Shown: piece after piece, positions 1 through 9,199 of the stretch
How the letters are laid out: each line of letters begins with the position of its first letter
Position numbering within the stretch: position 1 is the first letter of the stretch
NCBI RefSeq assembly: GCF_000014785.1
Contig: NC_008340.1
Coordinates: forward strand, 30,001-62,000
From: Alkalilimnicola ehrlichii MLHE-1
Lineage (GTDB): Bacteria > Pseudomonadota > Gammaproteobacteria > Nitrococcales > Halorhodospiraceae
Direction: 5' to 3'
DNA: 32,000 bases
The notes under the pieces: model-generated
Database searches by the model: none
The model's input: the letters and a program-made list of their open reading frames with translations, nothing else
What the model was told of the DNA's origin: nothing
Position numbers and translations under genes: made by a program

Positions 1-165
1 GACCGCGAGAGCGCCATCGCGCGCATGCGCACGGCCCTGTCCGAGGTGGTGATCAGCGGCATCAAGACCAACATCCCCCTGCACCAGGACATCATGGATG
101 ACGCCGGCTTCCAGGCCGGGGGCATGAATATCCATTACCTGGAAAAGAAGCTGGGCCTGAGTTGA
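1..165 (+). CDS. accC: Acetyl-CoA carboxylase biotin carboxylase subunit, C-terminal end (partial, gene starts upstream)
   Basis: Frame 1 reads [54 protein letters not shown], characteristic AccC C-terminus. Confidence 0.93.
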   Translation, partial: DRESAIARMRTALSEVVISGIKTNIPLHQDIMDDAGFQAGGMNIHYLEKKLGLS

Positions 166-212
166 CGCGAGGCTCAGGCCGGTCATCTGGGCCGTCATTG
201 AGAGGAGTAACC

Positions 213-788
213 ATGGTTCGTAAGCTTTTAGTCGCCTGTCTGGCCCTCACCGCCGCCAGCGGTGTCTCGGCCCGGGAGCTGGACATCGGCCTCAGTGATG
301 AGGTGGCGGAGATCAACTTCTCCATGCCGGCCGGTCAGCCCTTCCAGGCCAGCCAGGCCCGTTGGGGACTGGGCTTTCTGTACAACGACAACGATGACTA
401 CGTGGCCACCGGCTCGCTGTCGGTCCGCGGTCACGCCCGTGAGGGGTACCGCCCGGTGCAGCTGGGCGCCGGGGTCAAGGCCTACGGCGGCCGGCTGGAC
501 CGGCCCAGCAAATCCGTCGGCGCACTGGGTGTGGGCGCCTCGGCCCGGTTCGGTATCCCCACGGACATTCCCCTGGCGCTGATCCTCAGCGGCACGGTTG
601 CACCGAAGATCACCACCTTCGGCGACGCCGATCGGGTCACCGATCTCACCGGGCGGCTGGAGGCACAGATCACCGAGGCGGCCAGCCTGTATGCCGGCTA
701 TCGCTACCTGCGTTTCAACATGGAGCGCGGGTTGCGGGATGAGCGCGTGGCCGACGGCTTCCAGGTGGGGGTTAGCCTGCGCTTCTGA
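213..788 (+). CDS. YfaZ-like outer membrane protein
   Basis: ATG at 213 preceded by AGAGGAG; signal peptide MVRKLLVACLALTAASGVSA then beta-barrel-like alternating sequence ending in aromatic F. The 162 start in the ORF track is an over-extension. Confidence 0.7.
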   Translation: MVRKLLVACLALTAASGVSARELDIGLSDEVAEINFSMPAGQPFQASQARWGLGFLYNDNDDYVATGSLSVRGHAREGYRPVQLGAGVKAYGGRLDRPSKSVGALGVGASARFGIPTDIPLALILSGTVAPKITTFGDADRVTDLTGRLEAQITEAASLYAGYRYLRFNMERGLRDERVADGFQVGVSLRF

Positions 789-818
789 GCACGAGCGGCT
801 TTTCTGGCGGCGCCCGCC

Positions 819-1628
819 TCAGCCGCTGAGGAGCAGTGGACGCAGGAGGTTCAGGCCCAGCACGATCAGGAGCAGCGCGAAGGCGCGCTGCAGGATGTGT
901 TGGGGTAACCGGTGCGCGAGCCGGGCGCCGAGCGGTGCGGTGAACAGGCTCATAGCGATGATCCCCAGGAAGGCGGGCCAATAGACATAGCCGATGGCCC
1001 TCTGCGGCAGGTCGGGATGACCGAACCCGGTTGCCATGAAGGCCGCCGCCCCCACCAGCGCGATGGGCAGCCCACAGGCGGCCGAGGTGCCCACCGCCTG
1101 GCGCATGGGTATCCCCAGGCGGGCCAGCAGCGGCACGGTCATCGCCCCGCCGGCGATCCCCAGCAGCGACGAGACCGCACCGATGGCCGAGCCGGCAGGC
1201 GCCAGGATGAGGGCGCTGGGCGTGGCCGGGCGAGGGCCGGGGCGCGGCCCTCGCCCGAAGGCGAGCTGAAGACCGAGCGCCAGCAGGAAGACCCCGAACG
1301 CCGCCTTGAGCAGTGCCCCGCTCATCTGGCCGGCGATCAGCGCCCCCAGCACGGAACCCAGGCACATCCCCGCCGCCAGGCGGAGGAACACCGGCACGAG
1401 CACTCCGCCGCGCCGCCAGTGGGAGCGGACCGAACTGATGGCCGTGAAGACGATGGTGGCCAGGGAGGTGCCCACCGCCATGTGCATGATCACCGATGCC
1501 GGCACCTCGCGCAGGGCGAACAGGGCTAGCAGCACCGGGACGATAATGACCCCACCGCCGATGCCGAACAGCCCCGACAGCAGACCGGCGACGGCGCCCG
1601 CGGCCAGGTAGACCAGGATATCAAGCAA
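819..1628 (-). CDS. TauE/SafE-family (sulfite exporter-like) membrane permease
   Basis: Multi-pass protein with GLLSGLFGIGGGVIIVPVLL and a second GIAGGAMTVPLL motif. A TTG start at 1628 with GGGAGAG upstream fits better than the listed 1697 start. Confidence 0.85.
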   Translation of the reverse strand: MLDILVYLAAGAVAGLLSGLFGIGGGVIIVPVLLALFALREVPASVIMHMAVGTSLATIVFTAISSVRSHWRRGGVLVPVFLRLAAGMCLGSVLGALIAGQMSGALLKAAFGVFLLALGLQLAFGRGPRPGPRPATPSALILAPAGSAIGAVSSLLGIAGGAMTVPLLARLGIPMRQAVGTSAACGLPIALVGAAAFMATGFGHPDLPQRAIGYVYWPAFLGIIAMSLFTAPLGARLAHRLPQHILQRAFALLLIVLGLNLLRPLLLSG

Positions 1629-1747
1629 CGTGTCTCTCCCGTTGGGGCGGTGCTTTTTCCCCCAGTCGCGGTGGCTTACAATGCCTGGATAAGCCACACC
1701 GTCTGCGAAAGCGTTTAACGATAACAGAAAGAGGCAGGGACCGACTC

Positions 1748-2710
1748 ATGGCCAAGCACACCATCTGTATCCTCGGCGGCTCCGGGTTCATCGGCACCAC
1801 CATCGCCGGGCGGCTCGGCCGCGACGGTCACCGGGTGATCGTGCCCACCCGCCACCGCGAGCGCAGCCGCCACTTGCTGCCGGTGCCCAATGTCGAGGTG
1901 GTGGAGCTGAACGTCAACGACGAGGACGCGCTGGTCGAGGCCTTCCAGGACTGCACCGCGGTCATCAACCTGGTGGGTATCCTCAACGAGCTCTCCGGTC
2001 CCAAGGGTGAGGGCTTCCGCCGCGCCCACGTGGAGCTGCCGCGCCGGGTCATCTCCGCCTGTCAGCGGGCCGGCGTCGGCCGTTACCTGCACATGAGCGC
2101 ACTGGGGGCCGACCCCGAGGGTCCGAGCCTCTACCAGCAGACCAAGGGCGAGGGGGAGCGGCTGGCCATAGCGGCCCACGGCGACGGGTTGTCTGTGACT
2201 GCCTTCCGGCCCTCGGTGGTGTTCGGCAGCGGAGACAGCTTCTTCAACCGCTTCGCCGGCCTGCTCCGGCTCTCCCCCGGGTTCATGTTCCTGCCCACCC
2301 CGCATGCGGAGTTTCAGCCGGTGTGGGTCAACGACGTGGCCAGCGCCTTCATCCGTTGCCTGGAGGATCAGGCCACCGGCGGCCAGGTCTACGACTTGGT
2401 GGGCCCGAAGCGCTACACCCTGGAGGCGTTGGTGCGATACACCGCGCGCATCGCCGGCATCCGGCGCCACATCGTGCCGCTGTCCGACGGCATGTCGCGG
2501 CTGAACGCCCGCCTGCTCGGCCTGGTCCCGGGCAAGCCCTACAGCCTGGACAACTACCTCTCGGCCACCGTGCCCAATGTCTCCGACGACAACGGCCTGC
2601 CCAAGCTGGGCATCCACCCCACGGCGGTGGAGGCGGTGGTCCCGACCTTTCTTGGCCCGCACGAGAAAAACAACCGCTACCAGTCCCTGCGCCGCGAGGC
2701 CCGTCGCTGA
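1748..2710 (+). CDS. NAD(P)-binding Rossmann protein, complex I NDUFA9 subunit-like family
   Basis: ICILGGSGFIGTTIAGRLGRDGHRVIVPTR N-terminus with GGSGFIG motif; INLVGILNE and YLHMSALGA motifs. Confidence 0.88.
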   Translation: MAKHTICILGGSGFIGTTIAGRLGRDGHRVIVPTRHRERSRHLLPVPNVEVVELNVNDEDALVEAFQDCTAVINLVGILNELSGPKGEGFRRAHVELPRRVISACQRAGVGRYLHMSALGADPEGPSLYQQTKGEGERLAIAAHGDGLSVTAFRPSVVFGSGDSFFNRFAGLLRLSPGFMFLPTPHAEFQPVWVNDVASAFIRCLEDQATGGQVYDLVGPKRYTLEALVRYTARIAGIRRHIVPLSDGMSRLNARLLGLVPGKPYSLDNYLSATVPNVSDDNGLPKLGIHPTAVEAVVPTFLGPHEKNNRYQSLRREARR

Positions 2711-2713
2711 CCC

Positions 2714-3955
2714 GTGAAGGTCTACCTGGTCGGTGGCGCCGTGCGGGACCAACTCCTGGGCCGTGAGGTCCGGGAGCGCGACTGGGTGGTGGTGGGCGCC
2801 CGGCCTGAGGACCTGAAACAGCGCGGCTACCGCCCGGTGGGTCAGGACTTCCCCGTCTTTCTCCACCCCGAGACCCACGAGGAGTACGCCCTGGCGCGCA
2901 CCGAGCGCAAGACCGGGCGTGGCTACCACGGCTTCGCGTTCCACGCCAGCCCGGAGGTGACCCTGGAGCAGGACCTGGCCCGGCGGGACCTGACCATCAA
3001 CGCCATGGCCCGTGCCGACGACGGCACCCTGATCGATCCCTACGATGGTCGCCGCGACCTGGAGCAGCGCCTGCTGCGCCACGTCTCCCCGGCCTTCGCC
3101 GAGGACCCGGTGCGGATCCTCAGGCTGGCCCGCTTCGCCGCCCGCTTCCAGCCGCTGGGTTTTCGCGTCGCCCCCGAGACGCTGGCGCTCTGTCGCAAGA
3201 TGGTTGCCGATGGCGAGGTGGATGCCCTGGTCCCCGAGCGGGTCTGGCAGGAACTCTCCCGCGCCCTGCTCGAGGACACACCGGTCCCGTTCTTCCGGGT
3301 GCTGCGCGAATGCGGTGCGCTGGCCCGGGTGCTGCCGGAACTCGACCGGCTGTTCGGGATCCCCGAGCCGGAGGCCTACCACCCGGAGGGGGATACCGGC
3401 GAGCACACCCTGTTGGCGCTGGCGCAGTCGGCCCGCCTGGGCGGTGACCTGCCGGTGCGCTGGGCGGTGTTGCTGCACGATTTGGGCAAGGCGACCACGC
3501 CCTCGCAGGTCTGGCCCCGCCATCCGGCCCACGAACACCGCGGCGTGCCCCTGGTGGAGGCGCTTTGCGAGCGCCTGCGTGCCCCCCGCGAGTGCCGCGA
3601 CCTGGCCCGCCTGGTCTGCCGGTATCACCTGCAGGCCCACCGGGCCTTCGAGCTGCGCGCCAGCACCCTGCTGAAGTTGCTCGAAGGGCTCGATCTGTTC
3701 CGCCGGCAGGCCCGCCTGGAGCCCTTCCTACTCGCCTGTGAGGCCGATGCCCGCGGCCGACTGGGGTTGGAGGATCAGCCCTATCCCCAGGCCAGGTTTC
3801 TGCGCGAGGCTTACCGGGTCGCCGCGGCGGTCACCGCCCGGCCCTTCGTCCAGGCCGGGTTCAAGGGCCGCCAGATTGCCGAGGCGGTGACCCGGGAGCG
3901 GATCCGGGCGCTGGCGGCGCTGCAGCGTGACTACCCGCGCCCGGAGGCGCACTGA
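2714..3955 (+). CDS. cca: Multifunctional CCA tRNA nucleotidyltransferase / phosphohydrolase
   Basis: [41 protein letters not shown] motif [11 protein letters not shown]. Confidence 0.97.
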   Translation: MKVYLVGGAVRDQLLGREVRERDWVVVGARPEDLKQRGYRPVGQDFPVFLHPETHEEYALARTERKTGRGYHGFAFHASPEVTLEQDLARRDLTINAMARADDGTLIDPYDGRRDLEQRLLRHVSPAFAEDPVRILRLARFAARFQPLGFRVAPETLALCRKMVADGEVDALVPERVWQELSRALLEDTPVPFFRVLRECGALARVLPELDRLFGIPEPEAYHPEGDTGEHTLLALAQSARLGGDLPVRWAVLLHDLGKATTPSQVWPRHPAHEHRGVPLVEALCERLRAPRECRDLARLVCRYHLQAHRAFELRASTLLKLLEGLDLFRRQARLEPFLLACEADARGRLGLEDQPYPQARFLREAYRVAAAVTARPFVQAGFKGRQIAEAVTRERIRALAALQRDYPRPEAH

Positions 3956-3960
3956 GCCCC

Positions 3961-3977
3961 GCGGGCGCTACGCCCGC
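3961..3977. terminator. Possible bidirectional hairpin between convergent genes
   Basis: GCGGGCG-CTA-CGCCCGC perfect 7 bp stem spanning the stop of the minus-strand ORF, just after the cca stop; no strong T-tract. Confidence 0.35.
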
Positions 3978-5407
3978 TCCCGCCCCAGGCCGGTGATGGT
4001 TGCCATCGCAGCCCCGGCGACCATCCATGCCGGGGAGCCCGTCTCCCTCGCCCCGTGATTGGCGCACAGGCGAGCCAACCATAGCGCCAGGGTGGCCCAG
4101 CCGCTGTCGATCACTTGCCGGCCCAGGGCCCGCTCCGCGGTGCTGTCACCCAGCAGGCCGCGATTGGCGCAGGCGTTGGTCAGTGCCATTCCGGCCATCA
4201 GCAAAGGCGGGGCCTCCGCACCCTCCTCCAGCCAGTGGCGTAAGGCCGGGTGGGTGGGCTTATCGGCGCCAATGGATGCGGCCACGGCACTGCCCTCGGT
4301 TCTGTCCAGGACTGCCAGCAGGGCCCGCGCCCGGGCCCCGGGGTCGCGCGACAGTGCGCCGGGTCGTACCACCGTGAACCGTTGGGGGGCGGCCAGCAGC
4401 AGGCGGCGAAGGTTTTTCCGGTAGAGGGTCAGCAGCGCCCGCGAGCGGCTGTGCTCCCGGGCCTGCCAGGGGGCGTCCCGCACGGGCGCACAGCCCTGGA
4501 GGCATTGCGCACGGCTTTGGACAGCGCCCTGGAGCAAGAAAGGGTGGCGTCGCCAGGCCCGGTGGCACTGCACATGGTGATCGTCGCGCTGGAGCTCGAG
4601 CGCCGTCCCGATCGTGCGGGAGCCCTGGGTCAGGAGGACCAGTAAGGAGAAGGCGAGGCTGTGCCGCCCGTCCGCCTCCCGGCAGAGCGCCGGCAGCAGA
4701 TAGCCGGCCAGGGCCTCCCAGCTGGTCGGCTCCGGTCCACCTGCCACCCGGCGCAGGGCGCGGATGGCGGCCCGGGTTCTCTCGGGCAGGGCCCGGTAGA
4801 GGGGATGGGCCTGCAACGCCTTCAGGTCCAGCACGGTCTGGGGAGCGGGCCGGTCCCCACCGGGGTGGGCGGATGGGAGGCCGCTGCCTCCGCCGCCAGC
4901 GGGCCGCTGGAGGCGCCCGGCCAGTGCGTCCAGCAGCCGTGCCAGCGCCGGCTGGAAGTTAAAGGGGGCCAGGCCCAGCAGGCCGCTGCGATCCCGCAGC
5001 CGGCGATAGAGCCAGCGGCGGCCCATCGGGTCGCGGGCCAGGGTGGCCGCAATCAGCGCGCAGTAGTCGAGCAGCGCCCGGCACTGGCGCACATCGGTGA
5101 CATCCAGCCCCAGCAGACCCGGCTCGGCGGGCAGACCGTCCAGGGCCTTTATCAGTGCCGCAACGCTGCTCTCCCCCGCGCCGTCGGGCCGCGTCCGGGC
5201 CTGCCCGCCGGTGGTGCTCCAGCGGGCAGGCGCCCCGCCGCCCGGCGGTGGGGGGTGAAGCCGGTGCAGGTGCTCGTTGACGGCGGCCAGCGGTCCGGTC
5301 GTGGCATCGTGCAAGGGCTCAGAGAGAAGCGAGGGTGCGGGGGTGCCCCGCGGCGCGGCCGCAGCGGCCGGGCGGACCGGGGAGGGGTTGAGCGTCGGAT
5401 CATCCAT
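3968..5407 (-). CDS. Hypothetical protein (479 aa; 499 aa if upstream start)
   Basis: Long ORF; ATG at 5407 preceded by CCGGAGG; no family recognised. Confidence 0.65.
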   Translation of the reverse strand: MDDPTLNPSPVRPAAAAAPRGTPAPSLLSEPLHDATTGPLAAVNEHLHRLHPPPPGGGAPARWSTTGGQARTRPDGAGESSVAALIKALDGLPAEPGLLGLDVTDVRQCRALLDYCALIAATLARDPMGRRWLYRRLRDRSGLLGLAPFNFQPALARLLDALAGRLQRPAGGGGSGLPSAHPGGDRPAPQTVLDLKALQAHPLYRALPERTRAAIRALRRVAGGPEPTSWEALAGYLLPALCREADGRHSLAFSLLVLLTQGSRTIGTALELQRDDHHVQCHRAWRRHPFLLQGAVQSRAQCLQGCAPVRDAPWQAREHSRSRALLTLYRKNLRRLLLAAPQRFTVVRPGALSRDPGARARALLAVLDRTEGSAVAASIGADKPTHPALRHWLEEGAEAPPLLMAGMALTNACANRGLLGDSTAERALGRQVIDSGWATLALWLARLCANHGARETGSPAWMVAGAAMATITGLGRERA

Positions 5408-5511
5408 GATCACGCCTCCGGGTGGATGCTGGGTAGGGTTAGCACGTCGCGTCGTCCTTGACAGCACTAATCCTAGGGTGTGCCCCGGACGCGGTCAACC
5501 GCGCTGCCCTA

Positions 5512-6552
5512 TCAGGGGCAGGGGTTGGGGTTGCCGGCGTGGACGGCGTCGATGGCCTCCAGCAGCTCATCGTCCAGGGTCAGGTCCATGCTGTCGATGT
5601 TGGTCTCCAGCTGGTTCAGATCGGTGGCACCGATGACGGTGCTGGTCACGAAGGGGCGTGAGGTGGCCCAGGCCAGGGCCATCTGTGCCGGATCCAGGCC
5701 AAAGCGGTGGGCCAGGGCCACATAATCGGCGGTCGCCTGCACCCCGCGCTGCCCGGTGTAGCGCTGGAACTGTTCGAACAGCGACAGACGGGCCCCCTCG
5801 GGCCAGCGGCCGTCCAGGTACTTGCCGCTGAGCACCCCGAAGGCCAGTGGCGAGTACGCCATCAGCCCCACACCCTCGCGGTGGGAGACCTCGGCGAGAC
5901 CCACCTCGTAGCTGCGGTTGAGCAGGTTGTAGGGGTTCTGGACACTGACCACGCGCGGCAGATCCTGCTGCTCGGCCAACCACAGGCAGCGCATCACCCC
6001 CCAGGCGGTCTCGTTGGACAGCCCGATGTGGCGGATCTTGCCCGCCTCCACCAGGTCATAAAGCGCCTCCAGGGTGGCGCGAAGCTGCGGGATGGGGTCC
6101 GGCTCCCGCGGATCGGGCTGGTAGCCCAGCTTGCCGAAATAGTTGGTCTTCCGCTCCGGCCAGTGCAGTTGGTAGAGGTCGATATAGTCGGTCTGCAACC
6201 GTTGCAGGGAGCCCTCCACCGCCTCCACCAGGTGGGCGTGGGTGTAGCGGGTCCTCCCCTCACGTACCGTCTCCAGGCCCGGCCCCGCGATCTTGGTGGC
6301 CAGCACCACGTCCTCGCGGCGCCGGCGCCGCTTCAGCCAGCTGCCGATATAGCGCTCGGTGCGGCCGCCGGTCTCGCTTTTGGCCGGCACCGGGTACATC
6401 TCGGCGGTGTCGATGAAGTTGATCCCCCGGGCGAGGGCCTGGTCCAGTTGCTCATGGGCCTCGGCCTCGGTGTTCTGCTCGCCGAAGGTCATGGTGCCCA
6501 GGCAGAGGGCGCTGACCTCGATATCGGTATGACCCAGTTTGCGGTACTCCAT
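5512..6552 (-). CDS. Aldo/keto reductase (Tas-like)
   Basis: MEYRKLGHTDIEVSALCLGTMTFGEQNTEAEAHEQLDQALARGINFIDTAEMYPVP, DYIDLYQLHWPER, STVIGATDLNQLETN. Confidence 0.95.
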   Translation of the reverse strand: MEYRKLGHTDIEVSALCLGTMTFGEQNTEAEAHEQLDQALARGINFIDTAEMYPVPAKSETGGRTERYIGSWLKRRRRREDVVLATKIAGPGLETVREGRTRYTHAHLVEAVEGSLQRLQTDYIDLYQLHWPERKTNYFGKLGYQPDPREPDPIPQLRATLEALYDLVEAGKIRHIGLSNETAWGVMRCLWLAEQQDLPRVVSVQNPYNLLNRSYEVGLAEVSHREGVGLMAYSPLAFGVLSGKYLDGRWPEGARLSLFEQFQRYTGQRGVQATADYVALAHRFGLDPAQMALAWATSRPFVTSTVIGATDLNQLETNIDSMDLTLDDELLEAIDAVHAGNPNPCP

Positions 6553-6585
6553 GAGCCCCCCTTGTTCCTCGGGCGCGATGTGGTG

Positions 6586-7299
6586 TCAGCCTGGATGCTC
6601 GCGCTTGCGATAGTAAAGGTCGAACACCTGGTGGCCTTTGCGCAAGCCCCGCCGCTCGAACTTGGTCTCGGGACGCTCACCCCGCGGGCTGAACTGGCGC
6701 GGGCCGCAGGTGTTCTCCAGGTCCGGCTCCGCCTCCAGCACATCCAGCATGTGCTCGGCATAGTCCGCCCAGTCGGTGGCCAGGTGCAGAAAACCGCCGG
6801 GTGCGAGCTTGGCCGCCACCGCCCGCACCCACTGTGGCTGAACCAGCCGGCGTTTGTGGTGGCGCTTCTTCGGCCAGGGGTCAGGAAAGAAGAGCTGCAC
6901 GCCGTGCAGGCTCCCGTCCGGGATATGGTGCGCCAGCACCTCGGCGGCATCGGCCATCATTACCCGTACGTTGCCCAAGTGGCGCTTTTCCACCTCCATC
7001 AGCAGGTGACCGACGCCGGGCCGGTGCACCTCAATACCCAGGTAATCCCGCTCCGGGTGGGTGGCCGCCTGCTCGGCCAGCGACTCGCCGTTGCCGAAGC
7101 CGATCTCGAGGATCCTCGGCGCCCGCCGGCCGAAGGCGCGATCCAAATCCAGCGGCTGGCCGGCAGGCGGCCGTTCCAGCCCGAACGCCGGCCAGAGCAG
7201 CTCCAGTGCCCGTTGTTGCCCGGCGGTCAGCCGCCCCTCCCGGCGCACGAAGCTGCGGATCGGGCGCTTGCCGGTGGCAGCGTCTGCGCGGCGCTCCAT
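6586..7299 (-). CDS. trmB: tRNA (guanine(46)-N7)-methyltransferase
   Basis: RREGRLTAGQQRALELLWP, EIGFGNGESL, NYLGIEVHRPGVGHLL-like, QLFFPDPWPKKRHHKRR. Confidence 0.95.
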   Translation of the reverse strand: MERRADAATGKRPIRSFVRREGRLTAGQQRALELLWPAFGLERPPAGQPLDLDRAFGRRAPRILEIGFGNGESLAEQAATHPERDYLGIEVHRPGVGHLLMEVEKRHLGNVRVMMADAAEVLAHHIPDGSLHGVQLFFPDPWPKKRHHKRRLVQPQWVRAVAAKLAPGGFLHLATDWADYAEHMLDVLEAEPDLENTCGPRQFSPRGERPETKFERRGLRKGHQVFDLYYRKREHPG

Positions 7300-7300
7300 G

Positions 7301-8089
7301 TCAGAAAAAGGTGCCTTCCAGCGGACTGGAGGCACTGGCAAACCGCTTGCGCGGGATGCGCCCGGCCAGGTAGGCCTCGCGCCCTGCCTCGACCGCCTTG
7401 CGCATGGCGCTGGCCATCAGCACCGGTCTTTGGGCCCCGGCGATGGCGGTGTTCATCAGCACCCCGTCACAGCCCAGCTCCATGGCCTCGGAGGCATCGG
7501 AGGCGGTCCCCACGCCGGCATCCACCAACACCGGCACCGAGGCATTCTCGACGATGGTCAGGATGTTCCAGTGGTTCTGGATACCCAGCCCGGAGCCGAT
7601 GGGCGCCCCCAGGGGCATCACCGCGACACAACCGACCTCCTCCAGGCGCTTGGCGGTGATCGGGTCGTCGCTGGTGTAGACCATCACGTCAAAACCGTCC
7701 GCCACCAGCTGCTCCGCCGCCTCCAGGGTGGCGGGGATGTCCGGGTAGAGGGTCTTCTCGTCGCCGAGCACCTCCAGTTTGACCAGGTTGTGCCCGTCCA
7801 ACAGCTCCCGCGCCAAGCGGCAGGTGCGCACCGCGTCTTTGGCGGTGTAGCAACCGGCGGTGTTGGGCAGGAGGGTGTAGCGCTCGGGGGAGATGACGTC
7901 GAGCAGGTTGGGCTCGTCCGGGTTCTGGCCGATATTGGTGCGGCGGATGGCGACGGTGACGATCTCCGCACCGCTGACCTCGATGGCCTCGCGGGTCTCG
8001 TCCAGATCGCGATACTTGCCGGTACCCACCAGCAGACGGGACTGAAAGGTTCGGCCGGCAACGGTGAAGGTGTCCTGCGAGGCTTCCAT
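7301..8089 (-). CDS. thiG: Thiazole synthase
   Basis: [87 protein letters not shown]; start at internal ATG 8089 or 8125. Confidence 0.97.
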   Translation of the reverse strand: MEASQDTFTVAGRTFQSRLLVGTGKYRDLDETREAIEVSGAEIVTVAIRRTNIGQNPDEPNLLDVISPERYTLLPNTAGCYTAKDAVRTCRLARELLDGHNLVKLEVLGDEKTLYPDIPATLEAAEQLVADGFDVMVYTSDDPITAKRLEEVGCVAVMPLGAPIGSGLGIQNHWNILTIVENASVPVLVDAGVGTASDASEAMELGCDGVLMNTAIAGAQRPVLMASAMRKAVEAGREAYLAGRIPRKRFASASSPLEGTFF

Positions 8090-8146
8090 GGGCCAATCTG
8101 CTCCTGAATAGAGGGGCTGGAACAAGGGGTGCGATAACGCTGCGGG

Positions 8147-8368
8147 TCAGCCGCCGCCGATGGCCTGGACCACCTCGACGCGGTCGCCGGGTTGCAGGCG
8201 GTGCTGCTCAAAGCGGCTGCGCGGGACGATGTCCTCGTTGACCTCCAGGGCCAGTCGCCGGCCGCCCAACTGCATCTCCTCCAGCAACTCGGCGGCGGTG
8301 ATGCCGGTGCGGACCTCGCGGTCCTCTCCATTGACCCGGATGTGCATGGTATCGCTGTGCTCAGTCAT
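8147..8368 (-). CDS. thiS: Sulfur carrier protein ThiS (start could be 8347)
   Basis: IRVNGEDREV...C-terminal VVQAIGGG with diglycine end, adjacent to thiG. Confidence 0.92.
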   Translation of the reverse strand: MTEHSDTMHIRVNGEDREVRTGITAAELLEEMQLGGRRLALEVNEDIVPRSRFEQHRLQPGDRVEVVQAIGGG

Positions 8369-8515
8369 GGGCCCGATTGTACAACAGGTTTTTTGTTGGT
8401 TTCCGCGTGAAGGCTTTCGGCTTGCCCGAGGGGGTAGGCGATCAACCTGCGACGGCGGTAGCCGGAAGGAGGGAGGTGTCCATGATGGGGGAGTGCAACG
8501 AGGAACCCGACCAAA

Positions 8516-8564
8516 CCAACCGGTTGGCGGGTAGCCGGGTTTCGACTACCTTCATTGAAACCCG
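8516..8564. repeat. Palindrome CCAACCGGTTGG plus hairpin CGGGTTTC-N13-GAAACCCG
   Basis: 12 bp perfect palindrome 8516-8527 and 8 bp stem 8536-8543/8557-8564; GGCGGGT/ACCCGCC offers an alternative pairing. Confidence 0.6.
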
Positions 8565-8623
8565 CCCCGTAGGAGTGATGCCCACTTAGATCGGGACGAC
8601 TGCCCTGCGACGTCCTGGATTGA

Positions 8624-8771
8624 GCCTGTGCCGGCTACGGCATCTACTGGCCGGAATTCGACGAAGACCTCAGTACGGAAGGTATGTTTCGGGGGCGCCA
8701 GCGCCTAGCAAGTCGTATATGGACTCCTCCCGCAAGTAGCAACGGCGGATGCACGGGCGACTTTGCTTAAG
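8624..8771 (+). pseudogene. Relic of a DUF2442-like protein C-terminus
   Basis: Frame reads ACAGYGIYWPEFDEDLSTEGMFRGRQ..., resembling the DUF2442 C-terminal motif GYGIHWPELDEDLSVEGLL; preceded immediately by an in-frame TGA. Confidence 0.55.
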
Positions 8772-8794
8772 CGGATCTAAACGGGGAGAGAATA

Positions 8795-9163
8795 GTGATT
8801 GAAGGTATCGTTGCGATACTTGCGGGGTTGCTGCTGATTACACCCATCATTGGTAGGGGGTCGGCTGGGGCCAAGGTCGTTGGCAAGCTTACCCCTTTCG
8901 AGGCCGTGATCGGTGTTGTCGCTCTGATAGTCGGTGTGCTTAACGTTATGAGTGTCACGGGGCTGGTGCTAATTGTGGCTGGCCTCCTATTAGCGGCCAG
9001 CGCGCTTGCGAAGATCCCCGCCATTGGTAGTCACCTCGCGCGTGCAGGCAAGGCTCTCAAACCGTTCCGGGTCGTAATTGGTGTGGTTGTGTTGGTGATC
9101 GGCGTGTTGGTTTTGCTTGGGATCGTCGGCGGGGGCCCGCCGCCGGGTCTCCGCACCGGCTGA
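8795..9163 (+). CDS. Small hydrophobic membrane protein with internal duplication
   Basis: GTG start with GGGGAGAG upstream; hydrophobic segments GIVAILAGLLLITPIIG, AVIGVVALIVGVLNV, GLVLIVAGLLLAASALA, RVVIGVVVLVIGVLVLL. Confidence 0.7.
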   Translation: MIEGIVAILAGLLLITPIIGRGSAGAKVVGKLTPFEAVIGVVALIVGVLNVMSVTGLVLIVAGLLLAASALAKIPAIGSHLARAGKALKPFRVVIGVVVLVIGVLVLLGIVGGGPPPGLRTG

Positions 9164-9199
9164 TGCTGTCCGTGCGCCAACCCTCCCTGGTGTTCCGCT

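Noticed and set aside
1715-3640. 641 aa antisense ORF
   Set aside because: Lies opposite the NDUFA9-like gene and cca, both strongly supported; typical shadow ORF of high-GC DNA.
8369-8500. Possible TPP riboswitch upstream of thiS/thiG
   Set aside because: No recognisable THI-box elements (e.g. CTGAGA) on the minus strand upstream of thiS.
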